Positions 8,254 through 19,052 of a stretch of DNA of 64,000 nt are shown in pieces (the stretch's first letter is position 1; each line of letters begins with the position of its first letter). The DNA comes from Clostridium sp. GTDB taxonomy: Bacteria > Bacillota > Clostridia > Lachnospirales > Lachnospiraceae. Both the position numbers and the translations under genes were made by a program. The stretch is from positions 13,174 to 77,173 of the forward strand of contig JAMPFF010000010.1 of the NCBI GenBank assembly GCA_023664605.1, given 5' to 3'. A model generated the notes under the pieces. The model was not told where the DNA came from. It saw only the letters and a program-made list of their open reading frames with translations, and did no database searches.

Positions 8254-11037
8254 CTATGACAATATTGCGTCCAGCGTGTCAAACAGCGTCTGAATGTCAA
8301 TCGGTTTGGCAATATGACCGTTCATGCCGCACTTTAACGCTTCTTTTTTATCTTCTTCAAACGCGTTCGCCGTCATGGCAATAATCGGTATCGACGCCAA
8401 TTCTTTATTTTGCAGCTTTCGTATGGCCCTTGTCGCTTCGTAACCGTTCATAACCGGCATCTGCACATCCATCAATATCAACTTATAATATCCCGGTTCG
8501 GATTTTTCCAGCATTTCTACGGCTATCTGCCCGTTTCCCGCTACTTCCGGCTCAAAGCCCGCCTCTCCTAAAATCGCCACCGCGATTTCCTGGTTGAGTT
8601 CCACATCCTCCGCCAGCAGAATGCGGCCTGTATGGCGTTTCTTTGGTTTTGGCGCATTTTGTGCGCTCGTTCCGTCCGCGGATGAAACAACGTCCGCTTC
8701 TGTCTGTTCGTCCTTTCCTATGATATGTAAACGGAACGGGAATATTACCGTAAATTCTGAGCCAACGCCCTGCGTGCTTTTAACGGTAATGGTTCCGTGC
8801 ATCATATCCACGATATTTTTGGTAATCGCCATGCCAAGGCCCGTTCCCTGAATGCCGCTTATCGTACTCGTCTTTTCCCTTTCAAACGGTTCAAAAATAT
8901 GCTCCACAAATTCCGGACTCATGCCGATGCCGTTATCCTTAATGTGAAACTCATACGCGGCAAAGCCCTCCGGCGCGCCGGATTTTTCCGTCACCCTCAT
9001 ATTGACCGTACCGCCCGCTTCCGTATATTTTACGGCATTGCCAAGCAGATTTAACAACACCTGATTAAGGCGCAGCTTATCGCAGTATACGTCATTGTCC
9101 ACAACGTCTACCATCTCTATGTGCAGGGTAAGCTGTTTGGCATTGATGTCAGCCTGTAAAATATTATGCAGACTGTTGACAATTTCCGAGAGGCTGCACG
9201 GATTTTCTTCCAGTTGAATCTTACCGCTCTCGATATGGCTCATATCCAATACGTCATTAATCAGATTCAATAGATGATTTCCGGACGTCATAATCTTACC
9301 AAGATATTCCTCCACCTGCGTCTTATTATCAATATGCTTAATGGCCAGATTGGTGAACCCGACAATGGCATTCATCGGCGTACGGATATCATGCGACATA
9401 TTGGAAAGGAATGCGCTCTTGGCCTTGCTGGCCCTGTTCGCCTGTGAAAGCGCGTCTTCCAACAGTTTCTTTTGTTCCACTTCTTTCTGCATTTCCTCGT
9501 CGATATTGCGCAGTCCTAATACGATACCGCTTCTTCCCCTGCCCACGCCTGTGCGAACCGCTTTCATCTGGAAATAAACGATACCCTCGGCGCTTATGGC
9601 ACGGTAGTTTACATAATATTTTTCTTTTTCCGCCAGTTCCTTTTTCAATGTTTCCAGTGAAAAGGCCTGCCGCAGTTTTTCCTCATCTTCTTCATATACA
9701 TATTCACGAATATAGCGTTCCATACTGTCAGGCAGCGCCAATTCGCTGTCAAAAAAGGAGTCGCGGACGGAACGTTTACCCTCGTCATCCCGCAGCAGCA
9801 TTCCTTTTCCCGTATCCAAATCAAAAAAGAATACCAGGTTATAATCGATTCCCAGCGCCTGAATCAGTTCGTTTTGATGTCTCTCATTCTGCTTCTCCTG
9901 CATCTTCTGTGCCGTACAGTCTAACAGGAAACGCTGGTAAACCAGTTCCCCGCCTTCTTTCAGGAGTTTAATATTGCCCATAACGTGCCGTATTTCGTCA
10001 TTTTTACCTCTGACGCGGTATTCCACGTTGACGCTGTCACCCTCTTTTTGCAGCGTGCGCATACGCGCCTGTAACATTTCCTTATCTTCATCCGCTACGG
10101 ACGCCGCCACCCAGTTAAATCCGTCCTCCACCAATTCTTCATAGGAGTCGTATCCCAAAATTTCAAGCGCCGCCCTGTTGATGCTGAGTACATGCGCGCC
10201 GTCTGTCGTATGCCGGATAACGCCGCAGTCTATCGTTGTAAAAATCGTCTCCAACGTCTGGTTCTTTTTCGTAATTTCCTCTTCATAAGCGCGTTCCTGC
10301 GTCACGTCGATGGCAACGCCCACGGTACCCATAACGCTTCCGTCATGGTCGTATAAGGGTGATTTATAGGTCGTAAGCGTTCTCATCCCCTCGCCCGTTT
10401 TAATGACTTCTTCGGACACACAGGTCTGCTTTTTTTCCATTACTATGCTTTCCGACTCGATGCAGGCCGGGTCATCCTCCTCCACATCCCATATGTAGGC
10501 ATGGCCGCGTCCTTCCACCTGTTCTCTTGTTTTGTTCACCGCCCTGCAAAAGCTGTCGTTTACTTTCTCATGAATCCCGTCTTTCGTTTTATACCAGACA
10601 AGCGTCGGCGTATGATTAATCGTCGCCTCCAAATACTGGCTGGTCTGCCAGTAATCCACGCTCTCTTTGTAAGCCTGCTGCCACTTCAAAAAACGGAACC
10701 GTATTTCCGCATCGCTCATTGGCAGCGTCCATATATCATGAATTTTGGGGAGATTTTCCGTATTTTCCGTAAGAAGCGCAATTTTAGCTGCATCCGCCAG
10801 CAAAATTATCTGCTTTTTCTCATTTGCCTCCATGCAGAGAACGCGCAGCGCCTCTCCCACATCCATATCCTCCAGATTAGCGATAATGACATCCGCCTTT
10901 TTAACCGATGCCGCCTCCAATCCGCCGCTTTGTATAAATTGATGCGAGAAACATTCCAATGCGGGCATTTCCCTGATGATTTCAAATGTTTGGCACGGCC
11001 GTCCCGTTATATAGAATCGAATATGGCAATGGTACAT
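8254..11037 (-). CDS. Hybrid sensor histidine kinase (degenerate N-terminal REC-like region, PAS domains, HisKA/HATPase, C-terminal REC)
   Basis: SHDIRTPMN, NLLGNAVKYT, DNGIGM, GTGLGM, ILMDVQMP; start MYHC at 11037 after GGAGG. Confidence 0.9.
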   Translation of the reverse strand: MYHCHIRFYITGRPCQTFEIIREMPALECFSHQFIQSGGLEAASVKKADVIIANLEDMDVGEALRVLCMEANEKKQIILLADAAKIALLTENTENLPKIHDIWTLPMSDAEIRFRFLKWQQAYKESVDYWQTSQYLEATINHTPTLVWYKTKDGIHEKVNDSFCRAVNKTREQVEGRGHAYIWDVEEDDPACIESESIVMEKKQTCVSEEVIKTGEGMRTLTTYKSPLYDHDGSVMGTVGVAIDVTQERAYEEEITKKNQTLETIFTTIDCGVIRHTTDGAHVLSINRAALEILGYDSYEELVEDGFNWVAASVADEDKEMLQARMRTLQKEGDSVNVEYRVRGKNDEIRHVMGNIKLLKEGGELVYQRFLLDCTAQKMQEKQNERHQNELIQALGIDYNLVFFFDLDTGKGMLLRDDEGKRSVRDSFFDSELALPDSMERYIREYVYEEDEEKLRQAFSLETLKKELAEKEKYYVNYRAISAEGIVYFQMKAVRTGVGRGRSGIVLGLRNIDEEMQKEVEQKKLLEDALSQANRASKAKSAFLSNMSHDIRTPMNAIVGFTNLAIKHIDNKTQVEEYLGKIMTSGNHLLNLINDVLDMSHIESGKIQLEENPCSLSEIVNSLHNILQADINAKQLTLHIEMVDVVDNDVYCDKLRLNQVLLNLLGNAVKYTEAGGTVNMRVTEKSGAPEGFAAYEFHIKDNGIGMSPEFVEHIFEPFEREKTSTISGIQGTGLGMAITKNIVDMMHGTITVKSTQGVGSEFTVIFPFRLHIIGKDEQTEADVVSSADGTSAQNAPKPKKRHTGRILLAEDVELNQEIAVAILGEAGFEPEVAGNGQIAVEMLEKSEPGYYKLILMDVQMPVMNGYEATRAIRKLQNKELASIPIIAMTANAFEEDKKEALKCGMNGHIAKPIDIQTLFDTLDAILS

Positions 11038-11129
11038 AGCCTTTCCTCCCTGTGCTGATAACAATACCTGTCATGAACAAAGCGTATCCTGATACACACG
11101 AGTGTAAAACAGAAAAAACCTATGTTACT

Positions 11130-11158
11130 ATTTTATCAAGCGCGACTAATTATGTCAA
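11130..11158 (-). promoter_or_regulatory. Sigma-A-type promoter for the kinase/chemosensory cluster
   Basis: TTGACA-17-TAAAAT on the minus strand upstream of 11037. Confidence 0.55.
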
Positions 11159-11288
11159 GCCGCGGACAATGCTGTTTTTCTATTGAAAATCCAATATTTT
11201 CTACTCTTTGCCCTTATTCTGTGTTATACTGAAACAGAAACAAAACTGACGAAATCACGAACTATATAAGAAAGGCGCAGGGCTTATT

Positions 11289-13301
11289 ATGATTGACAAT
11301 GACAAAATACCAAAAATCCTATACGGCGGGGATTATAACCCCGAACAGTGGCCGGAAGAAATCTGGGATGAGGATATGCGGCTTCTCAAGCTTGCCCATA
11401 TCGACACCGTAACGCTCAATGTTTTCAGTTGGGCAAGCCTCCAACCGGAAGAAGGCGTCTACCGGTTTGATAAACTTGATAAAATCATGGATATGGTGCG
11501 TGAAAACGGCCTCAAGGTCTGTCTGGCCACCGCTACCGGCGCCCATCCCGCATGGATGGCGAGAAAATATCCCGATATTCTCCGCACGGAATTTAACGGG
11601 ATGAAGCGCAAATTCGGCGGACGCCACAATTCCTGTCCGAACAGCCCGACTTACCGCAAATATGCCAAAGCGTTGGCCTCCAAACTGGCAGAGCGTTACC
11701 GGGATTACGATAACATCATCGCCTGGCATATTTCCAACGAATACGGCGGCGTCTGCTACTGTGAAAACTGCGAGCGCAGATTCCGTGAGTGGCTGAAAGA
11801 AAAATACGGCACAATCGAAGAGGTCAACCGAGTCTGGGATACGGCTTTCTGGGGGCATACATTTTACGATTTTGAAGATATCGTGGTTCCCAATCAGCTC
11901 TCTGAGCATTATACGCCGAACAGAACCACTTTTCAGGGTATTTCTTTGGATTACAGGCGGTTTAATTCCGACAGTATATTAGAGTGTTTCCGTCTAGAAT
12001 ACGACGCCATCCACGCCATTACGCCGGATATTCCGATTACGACAAACCTTATGGGCGCTTTCTACGATTTGGACTATCAAAAATGGGCCAAGTACATGGA
12101 TTTCATTTCATGGGATAACTACCCCGCAAACGATACCCCCATCGAAGAGACCGCATTTAGACACGAACTAATGCGCGGCATCAAACAGGGAAAACCGTTT
12201 GCCCTAATCGAGCAGACACCAAGCGTCACAAACTGGCTTCCCTATAACGCGCTCAAACGGCCGGGCGTCATGCGCCTTTTAAGTTATCAGGCGGTTGCCC
12301 ACGGTTCAGACACTATCATGTTTTTCCAGATGCGCCGCACCATTGGCGCCTGCGAGAAATATCACGGCGCAGTTATTGACCATGTCGGTCATGAAAACAC
12401 GAGAGTTTTCAGAGAAATTGAAGCGTTGGGCGCGGAACTTGAAAATATCGGCTCTTTGACACTCGGCGCACGCACTGACGCCCAGGCCGCCATTATCTTT
12501 GACTGGGATAACTGGTGGGCAACCGACCATTCCGCGGGTCCGAGCATCAACCTACACTACTGCGACGAAATATTAAACTATTATAAGGCTTTCCACAACT
12601 TAAACATTCCAGTGGACGTTATCGGCGTAGAGGACGATATCTCCAAATACCGCCTTGTCGTGGCGCCGCTTCTTTATATGATAAAACCCGGACACGACGA
12701 AAAAATCAGAGACTTTGTCGCGGGCGGCGGACGCTTTCTCACCACCTTTTTCAGCGGCTATGTGGATGAACACGATTTGGTTACGTTAGGCGGTTATCCG
12801 GGAAAATTAAGGGATATTTTAGGCATCTGGGTGGAAGAAGAGGATGCGCTGCCTGAAGATGCGGCAAACAGCTTTTCTTATAAGGGAGAAACTTATCCCG
12901 CCGCCCTCATCTGCGATTTGCTACATACCGAAGGCGCGGAGGCGCTCTGCTTCTATGACAGTGATTTTTACGCCGGAATGCCTGTTTTGACCCGTAACCG
13001 TTTCGGCAGCGGCTATGGCTACTATATGGCAACCCGCTCCAATGCAGACTTCTACCGCCGTCTTATCGGCGATATCTGCAAAGAAGCGGGCGTTAATGCG
13101 CTTATCGAAACGCCAAATTTTATAGAAGTGACGAAACGCAGCAATCAAAACGGCGCTTTTTTGTTTTTCTTAAATCATGACACACAAGAATGCGCCGTTA
13201 CGCTTCCTTTTGCCGGAACGGACATTCTGACCGATACGGCTTATCAAAACGGTGAACGTTTGACGCTTGCAGCAAAGGGTGTGGCGATTTTGCTACTGTA
13301 A
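11289..13301 (+). CDS. Beta-galactosidase, GH42
   Basis: YGGDYNPEQW, WHISNEYG (acid/base), EQTP (nucleophile), GACEKYHGAVI; no signal peptide. Confidence 0.95.
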   Translation: MIDNDKIPKILYGGDYNPEQWPEEIWDEDMRLLKLAHIDTVTLNVFSWASLQPEEGVYRFDKLDKIMDMVRENGLKVCLATATGAHPAWMARKYPDILRTEFNGMKRKFGGRHNSCPNSPTYRKYAKALASKLAERYRDYDNIIAWHISNEYGGVCYCENCERRFREWLKEKYGTIEEVNRVWDTAFWGHTFYDFEDIVVPNQLSEHYTPNRTTFQGISLDYRRFNSDSILECFRLEYDAIHAITPDIPITTNLMGAFYDLDYQKWAKYMDFISWDNYPANDTPIEETAFRHELMRGIKQGKPFALIEQTPSVTNWLPYNALKRPGVMRLLSYQAVAHGSDTIMFFQMRRTIGACEKYHGAVIDHVGHENTRVFREIEALGAELENIGSLTLGARTDAQAAIIFDWDNWWATDHSAGPSINLHYCDEILNYYKAFHNLNIPVDVIGVEDDISKYRLVVAPLLYMIKPGHDEKIRDFVAGGGRFLTTFFSGYVDEHDLVTLGGYPGKLRDILGIWVEEEDALPEDAANSFSYKGETYPAALICDLLHTEGAEALCFYDSDFYAGMPVLTRNRFGSGYGYYMATRSNADFYRRLIGDICKEAGVNALIETPNFIEVTKRSNQNGAFLFFLNHDTQECAVTLPFAGTDILTDTAYQNGERLTLAAKGVAILLL

Positions 13302-16274
13302 CCTAAAATAACATAACTTTACATCCCCGTCCATTTTAATTGTCAGCTCCACCGGTGTCTGCCCTGTTTTTTTACTTTGTGACAGCTTGACTTTGACATC
13401 CGCATAAACCGGTTTCCAGCTTGCAATCCTCTCTTCGGTATCTTTTACCATCAGAGGACCCATCACCGGACGGGGATTTTGCACGTAAGTCCGTGTCTCC
13501 CCCTGCCAGCTCCCTGCCTTTTCTTTGTCAATTAACACTTCTACAGCGCCGCCTTTTTCACTGCAAAGATGCAGGATAATCTCTTTTGTTTCCGGCATAA
13601 TCGCACAGTCTCTATAGATAAGGACGCCCTCTTTTTCCGGGTATAAAACCTGTGCCGCGCTATAGTGAAACTGTCCTTTTGTCAGGACAATATTCTCATA
13701 ATCGTCGTAATGGTCGGCGGCGGTTTTTTGCGTCATATCGCGTACGCCCGGCGTATCGCCCGGAATCTCTATCTGCACGGCCAACTTATCGTCCGCGCTG
13801 GAAGCCCCCGCATAAACAGTATAAAGGCCCTTTTCCACCATCAACGAACGGCTGATGACATCATAGAAACGAAATTCCTCGACCGGAATCTCCATTTCCA
13901 CCGTCCGGCTTTCTCCCGGCCCCATATTTTTCAGGCGTTTAAAACCTATAAGCTGCCTTATGGGCTTTTTCACACGGGAAGCGGGCGCGCTGCCATACAC
14001 CTGCGCCACTTCGTCGCTGATTCGTGCGCCGATATTTTGTACGCTAAAGGATACCAGCAGTTTTCTTTTATCCGCCAGCTTCACGGACAGCCCGGAATAG
14101 GAAAATACCGAATAGGTCAGGCCGAAGCCGAACGGATAGAGCGTCTCGCCTATAAAATAACGGTAGGTACGTTTTCCCTTGATAATATCGTAATCGTCGA
14201 TATCCGGCAGGCTTTTGTCATCACAGTGCCATGTCATATTTAACCGTCCCGCAGGCGCATTTTCCCCGAAAATCGTCTCCGCCAGCGCCTCGCCCATATC
14301 CTGGCTTCCCGTCGCACTCCATAAAATAGCGGGAATCTTTTCTTTTGCGGCGTTTACCGCATACGGATAATTGGATAATATCACCAGCACAATACGGGGA
14401 TTTACCTTGTATACCGCTTCTAAGAGACGCTCCTGCGCCGAAGGAAGCGCAATCGTCGTACGGTCTACTTCTTCCCTTGCATTCACCATCGGATTACAGC
14501 CGAGCGCCAAAAGAACCGTTTCCTTGTCCTGCGCCAGTTTACATGCCGCCTCCACGCCGGACTCTGCCACTTCCAGCGTAAAAGAAATTTTGGACATAAC
14601 CATGTCTCTTCCCGTGGTTTTCGCCGTTTCTATCTCCAGCCCTACGCTCGGCCCTATCTGTTCGCCGCCTTTCATCGACCACAAACTGCCGTCTTCTCCC
14701 GCCAGTACGGGTGAACCGAAGCGGTTCGTCAGTACCACCGTTTTATCGGGCTGCTCTTCCAGATGAAAAATCTCCATCACAAACCAATCGAACGGCTCGT
14801 CGATATCGGCAGCGATTTTCCCCAATTCCTCCGGCTTTACCTTTCCCGGATAGAACCTTGTATTCATATACTTTCCGGTACGGACGCAGCGGAAATACAG
14901 ACTGCCTTCTCCCCAGTCCTCCATGAAAAAAGCATCCGGATTTTCAGACAGGATGAGCGAATTGTCCTCTGCCACGGCAATGCCTTTATTCCCGCATCTG
15001 AAAATCACTTTGTCGTAACCGTCCGCAAAACAAACTTCTCCGTTTTGCAGCTTCTCAATTCCCTGTTTTAACGTCGTTTTGCGAAGCGGCTCGCCGCAAT
15101 ACCAGTCACGATACCAGCAATCCCCCGCCGGACCGATTAAGGCCAGGGAATCTAACGGCGTATTTTTCGCAAGCGGAAGCATTTCCTTTTCATTTTTTAA
15201 AAGCACAGTGGACTCCCTTGATACCTGACGGCATATTTCCTGATGCCTTTCGGAATTGATATCTTCCTCCGTCACATTATCATAGGGATTACGGTTTACT
15301 TTATCATAAATGCCCAGACGAATCTTGGTACGGAACATATTGCGCAATGCCCTGTCAACATCCTCTCTCGTAATCAGGCCAAGTTCATAGGCTTCTCTCG
15401 CCGCCTGCTCCACCACTTCCGGATTATCCGACAGACCGTCTATTCCGGCTTTTAGCGCCATTGCCAGCGTTTCGGCGTGAAGCCCGCAGTAATGATGAAA
15501 ATCCGCTACCAGCTCCATCGCGCCGCCATCACAGACCGCATGTTTTAGACCATATTGGTCTTTCAAAATACCCGTAACCTCCGGATTCAACATACCCGGA
15601 ATGCCGTTAATCTTATTATATGCCGTCATAACCGCTTCCGCGCCGCCGTTTTCAATCGCCCTGCGGAAAGGCTCCAAATAAAGTTCGTATTTATTGCGCG
15701 GGTCAATGGAAGAATTTTTCCACCCCCGCCCGACTTCCGTATTATTGGCATAAAAATGCTTCAATGTGGACGCCACCCGAAGATAATGCGGGTCATCCCC
15801 CTGCATACCGCGGATATAGGCGGAAGACATTTCTCCAATAAGATACGGGTCTTCCCCATAGCCTTCTTCCGTCCTGCCCCATCTGGGGTCACGCTCCAAA
15901 TCAATGGTCGGCGCCCAGCGGCTTAACCCCCTGTCGGGATGACGATGGTAAATCACACGTGCTTCCGTACCCGTTACCTCACCTGCCTCCCGAATCAGTT
16001 CCGTATTCCAGGTTGCACTCATACCGATAGGCTGTGGAAAAGAGGTTGTCGTTTCCGCCCCGCCCAGTTCGTTCTGGTCGTTTCGCGCCTCTACGCCATG
16101 CGCTGCTTCGCCGCCTACCGACATTGCCGGAATGCCAAGGCGCTCCAGCGCTGGAACTCTCGTAGCCAGCATTCCCAATTTTTCATCCATCGTCATTTCC
16201 GATAACAGCCAGTCCAGACGCTTCTCTACAGGTAACGACACATCCCAGAAAGGTGTATTCTTATTCGCTTCCAT
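13293..16274 (-). CDS. GH3 beta-glucosidase/xylosidase with extra internal and C-terminal beta-rich modules
   Basis: RDPRWGRTEEGYGEDP, TLKHF, MTAYN, AVCDG (nucleophile), YPFGFGLTY; no signal peptide. Confidence 0.92.
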   Translation of the reverse strand: MEANKNTPFWDVSLPVEKRLDWLLSEMTMDEKLGMLATRVPALERLGIPAMSVGGEAAHGVEARNDQNELGGAETTTSFPQPIGMSATWNTELIREAGEVTGTEARVIYHRHPDRGLSRWAPTIDLERDPRWGRTEEGYGEDPYLIGEMSSAYIRGMQGDDPHYLRVASTLKHFYANNTEVGRGWKNSSIDPRNKYELYLEPFRRAIENGGAEAVMTAYNKINGIPGMLNPEVTGILKDQYGLKHAVCDGGAMELVADFHHYCGLHAETLAMALKAGIDGLSDNPEVVEQAAREAYELGLITREDVDRALRNMFRTKIRLGIYDKVNRNPYDNVTEEDINSERHQEICRQVSRESTVLLKNEKEMLPLAKNTPLDSLALIGPAGDCWYRDWYCGEPLRKTTLKQGIEKLQNGEVCFADGYDKVIFRCGNKGIAVAEDNSLILSENPDAFFMEDWGEGSLYFRCVRTGKYMNTRFYPGKVKPEELGKIAADIDEPFDWFVMEIFHLEEQPDKTVVLTNRFGSPVLAGEDGSLWSMKGGEQIGPSVGLEIETAKTTGRDMVMSKISFTLEVAESGVEAACKLAQDKETVLLALGCNPMVNAREEVDRTTIALPSAQERLLEAVYKVNPRIVLVILSNYPYAVNAAKEKIPAILWSATGSQDMGEALAETIFGENAPAGRLNMTWHCDDKSLPDIDDYDIIKGKRTYRYFIGETLYPFGFGLTYSVFSYSGLSVKLADKRKLLVSFSVQNIGARISDEVAQVYGSAPASRVKKPIRQLIGFKRLKNMGPGESRTVEMEIPVEEFRFYDVISRSLMVEKGLYTVYAGASSADDKLAVQIEIPGDTPGVRDMTQKTAADHYDDYENIVLTKGQFHYSAAQVLYPEKEGVLIYRDCAIMPETKEIILHLCSEKGGAVEVLIDKEKAGSWQGETRTYVQNPRPVMGPLMVKDTEERIASWKPVYADVKVKLSQSKKTGQTPVELTIKMDGDVKLCYFRLQ

Positions 16275-16389
16275 ACCAATGCCCTCCTATGTTACAGAAA
16301 GGGTCCAACACCTTATGTATCAGACCCTTTTGTTTATCATATTACACTTACTCTATCCGGCAGAAACTGCCAGACGGTTTGATTTACTT

Positions 16390-18111
16390 TTACTGAATCT
16401 TTTCAGCAAGGAATGCCGTCATTTCTTCGTTTGCTTCGCTCATGCCGTTTGCTTCCAGTTCCGCTACCATAGCATCCCAGTTCGCGTCGAAATTAGCCTG
16501 TCCGCCGGTTACGCACTTAACCAGACCCGGCCATGCGATTTCGTTTAAGATATCTACTTTATTAGATAATTCCTGCGGAATCTGATATGCCCACAATGCG
16601 GAATAAGGAAGAAGTTCAAATTCATCCGGCTGCGGGAAGATATCGATTAACATATCTACGCCCCATGCTTCACAAGCTGCTTTCTGCTCTTCATTATACT
16701 CGTCGATTACGGACTGTCTGGTAACGGTTGTATAAGGATTGCCATTCTCATCTTCTGCGCCGTCGCCGTAAATCGGGAATCCCGTGTAGTTGCCGATACC
16801 GGTCTTTTTACCATAATCCGGGTCGGAATTAGCAGCGTCGATTTCTTCCTGCGTACGATATCTCATACCGTTTTCATCCAAGAAGTAGTTCTCGCCTTCA
16901 ATACCCCATTTATGAAGAACCGCGCCCTCGTCGGAGCAGAGATAGTCAAGGAACTTAACCGCACGTACCGGATCCTCACAGCTCTTTGTGATAGCGATAC
17001 CCCAGCCTACCTGAAGACCCTGATATAACAGCGCCGGAGCTTTCTGGTCTGCACGAAGCGTTACAGGAAGTCCGCAGTATGTCTTATCCATCTTGCCGTC
17101 GGCAATCAGCACCTGCTGTGCCTGGTTGTAATCCCATTCCGCATCCGTAATGGCTACCACGCGTCCGCTGGAAAGTTTAGCGATATAGTCATCATGTGTC
17201 TGGGTAGCGAAGTTCGGGTCAAGAATACCTTCATCATACATACGGCAGAGCCACTGGAAGTACTCTTTCTCTTCCGGCGTCGTATGTTTATAATAACAGT
17301 TGTAATTATCATCAATTACCCACTGTCCGTTATCCGGAGCGGCATCTGCAATGAAACCTGCCGGGTTGCCTAACGTAATCATCCAGTGCCAGTCGGATGC
17401 ACTCATCGTGATGCCGATTGTCTCCAGACCGTCATCCGTTGTCGGATGCGCTTCCAGATACTTCTTAATCAACGCTTCATACTCTTCCAATGTCTTCGGA
17501 TATTCGTAGTTGTTCTCTTTTAACGCTGCAAACTGAATCTGGCAGCCGCCGCCCGTCTTTAAGGTCTGTGCGCCGACACCCGCATAAGAAAGCTGATAAA
17601 TGCCGTCATCACCGTTGCCCCATTTCAGTTTCTCCAACTCGTCACCATACATTTTCTTGATGTTCGGACCATACTGCTCAATCAGGTCTGTCATATCAAT
17701 TAACGCGCCTGCCTCATACAAAGAAGTTGCCTCGCCCTTTGCATAAATGAAGTCCGGATACTCGTCGTTGGCAATCATAAGCGCAACATCCTGTTTTGCA
17801 TCACCCTGAGAAGATACCGGATAGGAAATCTCCAGTGTAACGCCCGTTGCCTCCGTGATGGCATTGCCGACCGGGTTATCCCAACTGTCGTTATTTGCAT
17901 CTGTCAGAAATACTTCAAACGTAATCGGAGACGTATCATCACCGGATGCCGCCGTGTCGCCGCTCCCGGAATCGGAAGCCGTGCTTGCCGTGTTACTGCC
18001 GCCTGCATTGTCGGAAGATGAAGAACTTCCGGAATCGCCGCCGCATCCCGCCAACAGGCTCGCACAAAGCGCCGAAACCGTCAACAGGGATAAAATCTTA
18101 CGCATTTTCAT
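16390..18111 (-). CDS. Carbohydrate ABC transporter solute-binding lipoprotein (LplA-like)
   Basis: Start MKMRKI; lipobox LLAGC; Ser/Gly linker; follows two permeases. Confidence 0.88.
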   Translation of the reverse strand: MKMRKILSLLTVSALCASLLAGCGGDSGSSSSSDNAGGSNTASTASDSGSGDTAASGDDTSPITFEVFLTDANNDSWDNPVGNAITEATGVTLEISYPVSSQGDAKQDVALMIANDEYPDFIYAKGEATSLYEAGALIDMTDLIEQYGPNIKKMYGDELEKLKWGNGDDGIYQLSYAGVGAQTLKTGGGCQIQFAALKENNYEYPKTLEEYEALIKKYLEAHPTTDDGLETIGITMSASDWHWMITLGNPAGFIADAAPDNGQWVIDDNYNCYYKHTTPEEKEYFQWLCRMYDEGILDPNFATQTHDDYIAKLSSGRVVAITDAEWDYNQAQQVLIADGKMDKTYCGLPVTLRADQKAPALLYQGLQVGWGIAITKSCEDPVRAVKFLDYLCSDEGAVLHKWGIEGENYFLDENGMRYRTQEEIDAANSDPDYGKKTGIGNYTGFPIYGDGAEDENGNPYTTVTRQSVIDEYNEEQKAACEAWGVDMLIDIFPQPDEFELLPYSALWAYQIPQELSNKVDILNEIAWPGLVKCVTGGQANFDANWDAMVAELEANGMSEANEEMTAFLAEKIQ

Positions 18112-18174
18112 AAATAAATCCTCCTTTTTTCTCTCTATATATATCCTGAGCGTATCCAGGTTATATATCATTGG

Positions 18175-19041
18175 TTAATCCTTAACGGAACCTACCGTCA
18201 TACCGCCTACAAAGTACTTCTGTAAGAACGGATATACAATAATAATCGGAACTGTCGCCACTACCGTGACCGCCATACGGATTGCCATCGGCGTAACGGC
18301 CTGCGTCACATTGCTTGTCGCATGGGTGTCTAGCTGCATCTGCGCCTGCGACATAATTTCATACAGCCTGTATTGCAGGGTCGGAAGTTTCTTGGCATAC
18401 AAATAGGTATCCATGAAAGAGTTCCACTGCCCTACCGCATAATACAAGGCGATTGTGGCGATAACAGGCGTACATAACGGCATTACCACCCTGTACCATA
18501 TCTGGAAGTCGTTGGCCCCGTCCAGCATCGCCGCCTCCTGTAAGGCCGTCGGCAGCCCGTCGATAAAGGAACGCACTAAAATCATGTTATAGACCCATAT
18601 CAGTCCGGGCAGAATATATACCATAAAGTTATTGCCAAGATGCAGTGTACGCATAATCAACAAATATTCCGGAATCAGACCGCCGCTCACATACATCGTC
18701 ACAACGAATAAAATCGTAAACGGTTTATGGAAAACGAAATCCCGGCGGCTTAACGTATAAGCCAGCATCGCCGTGCAGATAACGCCGACGATTGTTCCTA
18801 CAAGGGTCTTGGCTACAGATATGATAAAAGGCTTTATAATATCCGCATCCTGAAATACATATTTATAGTTGCTCCAGGTAAATTTACGCGGAATGATAAA
18901 GTTGATATTCCGCAGCGTATCCGTAGAGTCGTTTAAGGAAATCGCCAGTACGTTTAAGAAAGGATACAGTGTGATAATGACGATAATAACAAAAAACACT
19001 ACCAGAAATATGTCAAACCATGTTTTTTTCTTTGCTATCAT
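18175..19041 (-). CDS. Carbohydrate ABC permease (LplC-like)
   Basis: EAAMLDGAN (EAA motif), multiple TM segments, PFLQKYFVGG. Confidence 0.9.
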   Translation of the reverse strand: MIAKKKTWFDIFLVVFFVIIVIITLYPFLNVLAISLNDSTDTLRNINFIIPRKFTWSNYKYVFQDADIIKPFIISVAKTLVGTIVGVICTAMLAYTLSRRDFVFHKPFTILFVVTMYVSGGLIPEYLLIMRTLHLGNNFMVYILPGLIWVYNMILVRSFIDGLPTALQEAAMLDGANDFQIWYRVVMPLCTPVIATIALYYAVGQWNSFMDTYLYAKKLPTLQYRLYEIMSQAQMQLDTHATSNVTQAVTPMAIRMAVTVVATVPIIIVYPFLQKYFVGGMTVGSVKD

Positions 19042-19052
19042 ATCTACACCCC

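Noticed and set aside
17950-18040. Ser/Gly-rich stretch in the solute-binding protein as a repeat element
   Set aside because: An ordinary flexible linker after the lipobox.
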